Shown here: in pieces, positions 58,590-64,000 of the stretch
Layout: the number at the start of each line of letters is the position of its first letter
Position numbering within the stretch: position 1 is the stretch's first letter
Source of the DNA: the human T2T-CHM13v2.0 reference genome, Homo sapiens
DNA: 64,000 nt
Direction of reading: 5' to 3'
Assembly (NCBI GenBank): GCA_009914755.4
Contig: CP086569.2
Coordinates: 2,688,001 to 2,752,000, forward strand
Translations under genes and position numbers: made by a program
The notes under the pieces: generated by a model
Databases searched by the model: none
What the model was told of the DNA's origin: nothing
Seen by the model: the letters and a program-made list of their open reading frames with translations, nothing else

Positions 58590-59676
58590 TGTACAATAAA
58601 AAAGAAAAAGAGCAACATAACTAAGAATATAGCTTACCAAGGGGGTGAAACATATCTACAATAAGAATTGCAAAACACTGCTGAAGGAAATCTGATATGA
58701 CACAAACAAATGGAAAAATAATATTACATGCTCATGAATAGGAAGCATCAATATTGCTTAAATGGCCATACCACCGAAAGCAATTTACAGATCCAAAGTT
58801 ATTCCTGTCCAAGTACCAACATCATTCTTCACAGTATTGGAAAAATCTATGATAAACTTCATATGGAACCCCCACCCCCCCAAAAAAGTGCAAATAGCCA
58901 AAGCAGTCCTAAGGAAAAAGAACAGACAGAAGAATCACACTACCAAACTGCAAACTATGCTACAAGGCTACAATAACCGAAACATCATGATACTGATACA
59001 ACATATAGACACATAGACCATTGGAACAGGTTATGGAACCCAGAAATGAAGCTATTCATCTACCAACCACCTGATCTTCAGCAAATTTGGCAACAATACA
59101 TGATGGGCAAAAGGCTCCATAGTCAATAAATTGTGCTGGGATAACTGGCTAGTCATATGCAGAAGACTGACTCTAAACCCTTTCCATTCACCATATGCAA
59201 AGATTAATTCAAGATGGATTAAAAAACTTAAATGTAAGGCCTAAAACAAAACCCAGGAGAAAATCTAGGAAATACCATTCTGAATATCAATTTTGGCAAA
59301 GAATTTCTGATTAAGTCCTCAAAAGCAATTACAACCAAAACAAAATTTGACAAGTAGGACCTAATTAAAGAGGTTTTGCCCAACAAAGGAGACTGTCAAC
59401 AGATTAAACAGACAACCTAAATAATGGGAGAAAATATTCATAAGCTATGCATCTAAGAAAGGTCTAATATCCAGAATCTATAAGAAACTTAAATAATTCA
59501 GGAACAAAAAAGAAATATCTTTATTAAAAATGGGCAAAAGACAAAGAGACGCTTCTCCAAAGAAGACATATATGTGGTCAACAAATTTATGAAATAATGT
59601 TCATCATCACTAATCAGTAGAGAAATGCACACTAAAACCACAATGAGATCGTCACACCAGACAGAATGTCTATTAT
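58590..59676 (+). mobile_element. LINE-1 ORF2 C-terminal region fragment (older L1), sense on + strand
   Basis: + ORF 58762..59016: MAIPPKAIYRSKVIPVQVPTSFFTVLEKSMINFIWNPHPPKKVQIAKAVLRKKNRQKNHTTKLQTMLQGYNNRN (compare L1 ORF2p [50 protein letters not shown]). Continues to ...aatgcacactaaaaccacaatgagatcgtcacaccagacagaatg (TTMRSSHTRQNG, compare [13 protein letters not shown]). Confidence 0.85.
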
Positions 59677-59738
59677 TATTTTTCTTTTCTTCTTTTTAAG
59701 CGTACATAAAAGCATTTTACATTATGAAACCCCGTATC

Positions 59739-59815
59739 TACTAATATACAAAAAATTAGCCGGGCGTGGTGGTGCACACCTGTAGTCCCAGCTGCTCAGG
59801 AGGCTGAGGCAGGGG
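59739..59815 (+). mobile_element. Alu internal fragment (about 77 bp), + strand
   Basis: ccccgtatctactaatatacaaaaaattagccgggcgtggtggtgcacacctgtagtcccagctgctcaggaggctgaggcagg. Confidence 0.85.
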
Positions 59816-60845
<1,030 letters not shown>

Positions 60846-61628
60846 TACTGTTACGAATGCAGTAAAGGTTTTCTGAAACTTGTGTCTGGGTGTGGATGAG
60901 TTTGTGTGCATATCCACGAGAGATAGTTTTCTTTCTATGTACTGTCTTTGTCTGGTTCTGGTATTAGGATAATGCTTGCTTCATAAAATGAATTAGAAAA
61001 TATTCTGTAATGTTTCAGTTTATGAAATAGATTATGGAGAATTGGTATTAATTCTTCAGAAATTTGATAGAATTCTCTAATGAAACCATCTTGGTCTGGA
61101 GGTTCTTTTGTGGGAGTATTTGAAATTACAAATTCAGTATACTTAATATGATGGGGCTATTCAAATTATTTATTTTATATTGGGCGAGTTGTGACAGTTT
61201 GTTTTTTTAGGATGGGTCAATATTATTTAGTTTGTCAAATTTATGTATATAGAGACTTTCATAGTATTATTTTACTATACTTTTGCTGACTTCAGGGCAT
61301 GTAGTGAAATGTATCTCCTCTTTGGATATTTAATTTGCATCTTCTCTTAGTTCTAAGTTAAAGGTGTCGAATTGTAAGTAACAAACCAAATCTGAACATA
61401 GTATTGATGATGATGATGAGGATGATGATATACTTCATCGATTGCTGCCTTACTGAATTTTAATATATAGGCAATTCATATGCAATATTTTATTTAATTA
61501 TAAATAGCAAACTTGAGAGCTTGACTATATTATCTATTTTCATATGCTCATAATCCCACAAATAGTAAGTAGCAGAGCCTATATTTGAGCATTGATCACG
61601 CTGACTCCAGTCTACCATTAGTATATAT

Positions 61629-62637
61629 TGCAGAAGTTTTATTTGAATAACCTGGTGAGAGGTGACAACGTGCTAGCAGCCTTCGCTTGCTCTGGGAAGC
61701 TCCTTGGCCTCAGCCTCTGCTCTGGCCACACTCAAGGAGCCCTTCAGCCCGCCACTGCGCTGTGGGGGCTCCGCTCTGGGACTGGCGAGTCCAGAGCCGG
61801 CTCCCTCTGCTTGCGGGGAGGTGTGGAGGGGGAGGCGCAGCGGGGAGCTGGGGCTGAGTGCAGCACTCGCGGGTTGGCTTGGGTTCCGGGTGGGCATGGC
61901 CTGCCGGCACCTGCTGGGCTTGATCAGGGCTGAGCTCCTTCTGGGCTGCCGGAGTGCCCACGGGTGACTGCCAGTGACAGGTGAAGCCAGCTGGGCTTCT
62001 GGGATGGGTGGGGACTTGGAAAACTTTTCCTCTAGCCAAAGGATTGTAAACGCACCAATCAGCACTCTGTGTCTAGCTGAAGGTTTGTAAACACAACAAT
62101 CAGCATTCTCTCAAATTGGACCAATCAGCTCTCTGTAAAATGGACCAATCAGCAGGATGTGGGTGGGGCCAGATAAAGGAATAAAAGCAGGCCACCTCAG
62201 CCAGCAACAGCAACTTTTCATGCTGTGGAAGCTTAGTTCCTTTGTTCTTCCTGCTAAATGTTGCTGCTGTTGACTCTTTGGGTCCGTGCCGCCTTTGAGA
62301 GCTGTAACACTCACCACGAAGGTCTGAAGCTTCACTCCTAAAGCCAGCGAGACTAGGAACCCACCAGGAGGGAGGAACAACTCCAGACGGGAGGAACGAA
62401 CAACTCCGGAGGCGCCACCTTTATGAACTGTAACACTCACCATGAAGGTCTGCAGCTTCACTCCTGAGGCCAGTGAGACCACACATCCACCAGTAGAAAG
62501 AAACTACGGACAAGTCTGAACATCAGAAGGAACAAACTCCGGACATACCATCTTTAAGAACTGTAACATTCGCCGTGAGGGTCTGCAGCTTCATTCTTGA
62601 AGTCCGCAAGACCAAGAACCCACCAATTCCGGACACG
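61629..62637 (+). mobile_element. Solo LTR of the ERV9/HERV9 group (LTR12 family), about 1.0 kb, + orientation
   Basis: GC-rich U3 region. A cluster of ccaatcagc CCAAT boxes. A U5 region made of three tandem copies (starts about 62301, 62429, 62561) of ctgtaacactcacc(a/g)(c/t)gaaggtctg(a/c)agcttcactcct... The end, ...gtccgcaagaccaagaacccaccaattccggacac, is the characteristic LTR12 terminus. Confidence 0.85.
62040..62195 (+). promoter_or_regulatory. LTR12 promoter core: three good CCAAT boxes and one degenerate (NF-Y-type sites) followed by an AATAAAAG TATA-like element
   Basis: cgcaccaatcagcactctgt ... acaacaatcagcattctc ... ggaccaatcagctctctgtaaaatggaccaatcagcaggatgtgggtggggccagataaaggaataaaagcagg. 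Confidence 0.6.
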
Positions 62638-62717
62638 CTGGGATACTTTGTGACTTTGTTTACAGAGAAAAAATAATATATTTTTTCATTCCAAATCTGT
62701 ATTTAAAAATATGTATG

Positions 62718-63085
<368 letters not shown>

Positions 63086-63794
63086 CTAAAGGTTTGTAAA
63101 AATTTATATATTATAGAAGTATACATTATATATGTGTTTTATTAATATTCGTTTATAAGTTAGAGAATTATGAAATCACATGTTTCAAGGTTACTTGATA
63201 TATGTCAGATTATTAATGATAATCTGATGATCAATTTATAAAATGGAACAATTATGTTTTACATAATAGAGGTAACCTTAATAAACTACTAAAAACTTAC
63301 GATATTAGAGGAAAGTAAGTATTACTTACTAGAAGCTATAAGGTTCAATATGAAGATAAGCTTTGGCATATTTGGATTAGAGTCATTCACAACCTAAAGG
63401 GTTTTTTTACATTGACAATTTTAACACGCATATACTTTAAGCTAGGAATGACAAAAATATTAGTGAAAAGTTTTGTGTCCATTCACATTAAAACATAGTA
63501 TTTTAAAATCTTGAGTTTTTTGAAATATAAATAATATTTAGTGTATTTTATTAGTGTTATATATATTTGTAGCTCAGATTACACTCACTATACATGAAAT
63601 ATACTCTTAATCATTTAATATTATTTCTGATCATTTTTCATGATGTTGCAAATTCTTTGTATATGTGGTTGTAAGTGACTGCATAACATCTCATCTAATT
63701 GATGACTTGTATGTATGCATTTTGCCTATTTTGGGGTACAGTTTATTTTTTTCCATTTTTGATTATCATAAGCCATTTTGTGATAAAAATGTAT

Positions 63795-63821
63795 GTGTGT
63801 GTGTGTGTGTGTGTGTTTATG
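63795..63821. repeat. (TG)n microsatellite
   Basis: atgtatgtgtgtgtgtgtgtgtgtgtgtttatg. Confidence 0.9.
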
Positions 63822-64000
63822 ATGTTTTCAGGCAATTTTCAAATAATAGGCTCTTAGAAGTAAAATTACTAATCCAGGAATTATTTTGTTTCAAATCTCT
63901 TTACTTGTTTAGGGAAGGATATGGCTACTTTGAAATGGAAACAAAAGATTTTAAATAAGAAACAATGAATAACATTATCCACAGAAAATCAGAGATTGAA

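Noticed and set aside
61673-62065. 130-aa and 109-aa minus-strand ORFs plus 87-101 aa plus-strand ORFs in a GC-rich patch
   Set aside because: All lie inside the GC-rich U3 region of the LTR12. Overlapping ORFs on both strands in GC-rich DNA are expected by chance. LTR12 U3 is non-coding.

Overview
This window is not prokaryotic. It is primate, almost certainly human, nuclear genomic DNA: AT-rich, gene-poor, and dominated by interspersed repeats. By eye I find about 20 Alu SINEs (15 of them antisense to the given strand), at least seven LINE-1 insertions, a solo ERV9-type LTR12, a probable MIR fragment, several microsatellites, and an unclassified repeat family present in three copies. One LINE-1 is a nearly full-length young L1PA inserted inside an older L1. 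Two adjacent L1s together cover about 9 kb. I see no convincing host protein-coding exon, tRNA, rRNA, CRISPR array or operon-like system. Every ORF of 100 aa or more in the supplied track is explained by L1 ORF1 or ORF2 remnants, by translation of Alu sequence, or by low-complexity (CCTT)n-type tracts. So the expectation of a novel biological system such as a defence island does not fit this sequence. What is worth a second look is structural. A young L1 is nested in an old one. Two roughly 200-bp polypurine/polypyrimidine expansions have grown out of Alu tails. There is a 205-bp direct repeat pair inside an L1 5' UTR. One L1 is scrambled, with microhomology at the junctions. One L1 has an in-situ inversion. 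The LTR12 carries a cluster of CCAAT boxes. TE orientation is strongly biased towards the minus strand, which suggests the window sits in an intron of a plus-strand gene. All coordinates are read by eye and are approximate (about ±10 bp). Family names come from my recall of consensus sequences and need RepeatMasker/Dfam confirmation.
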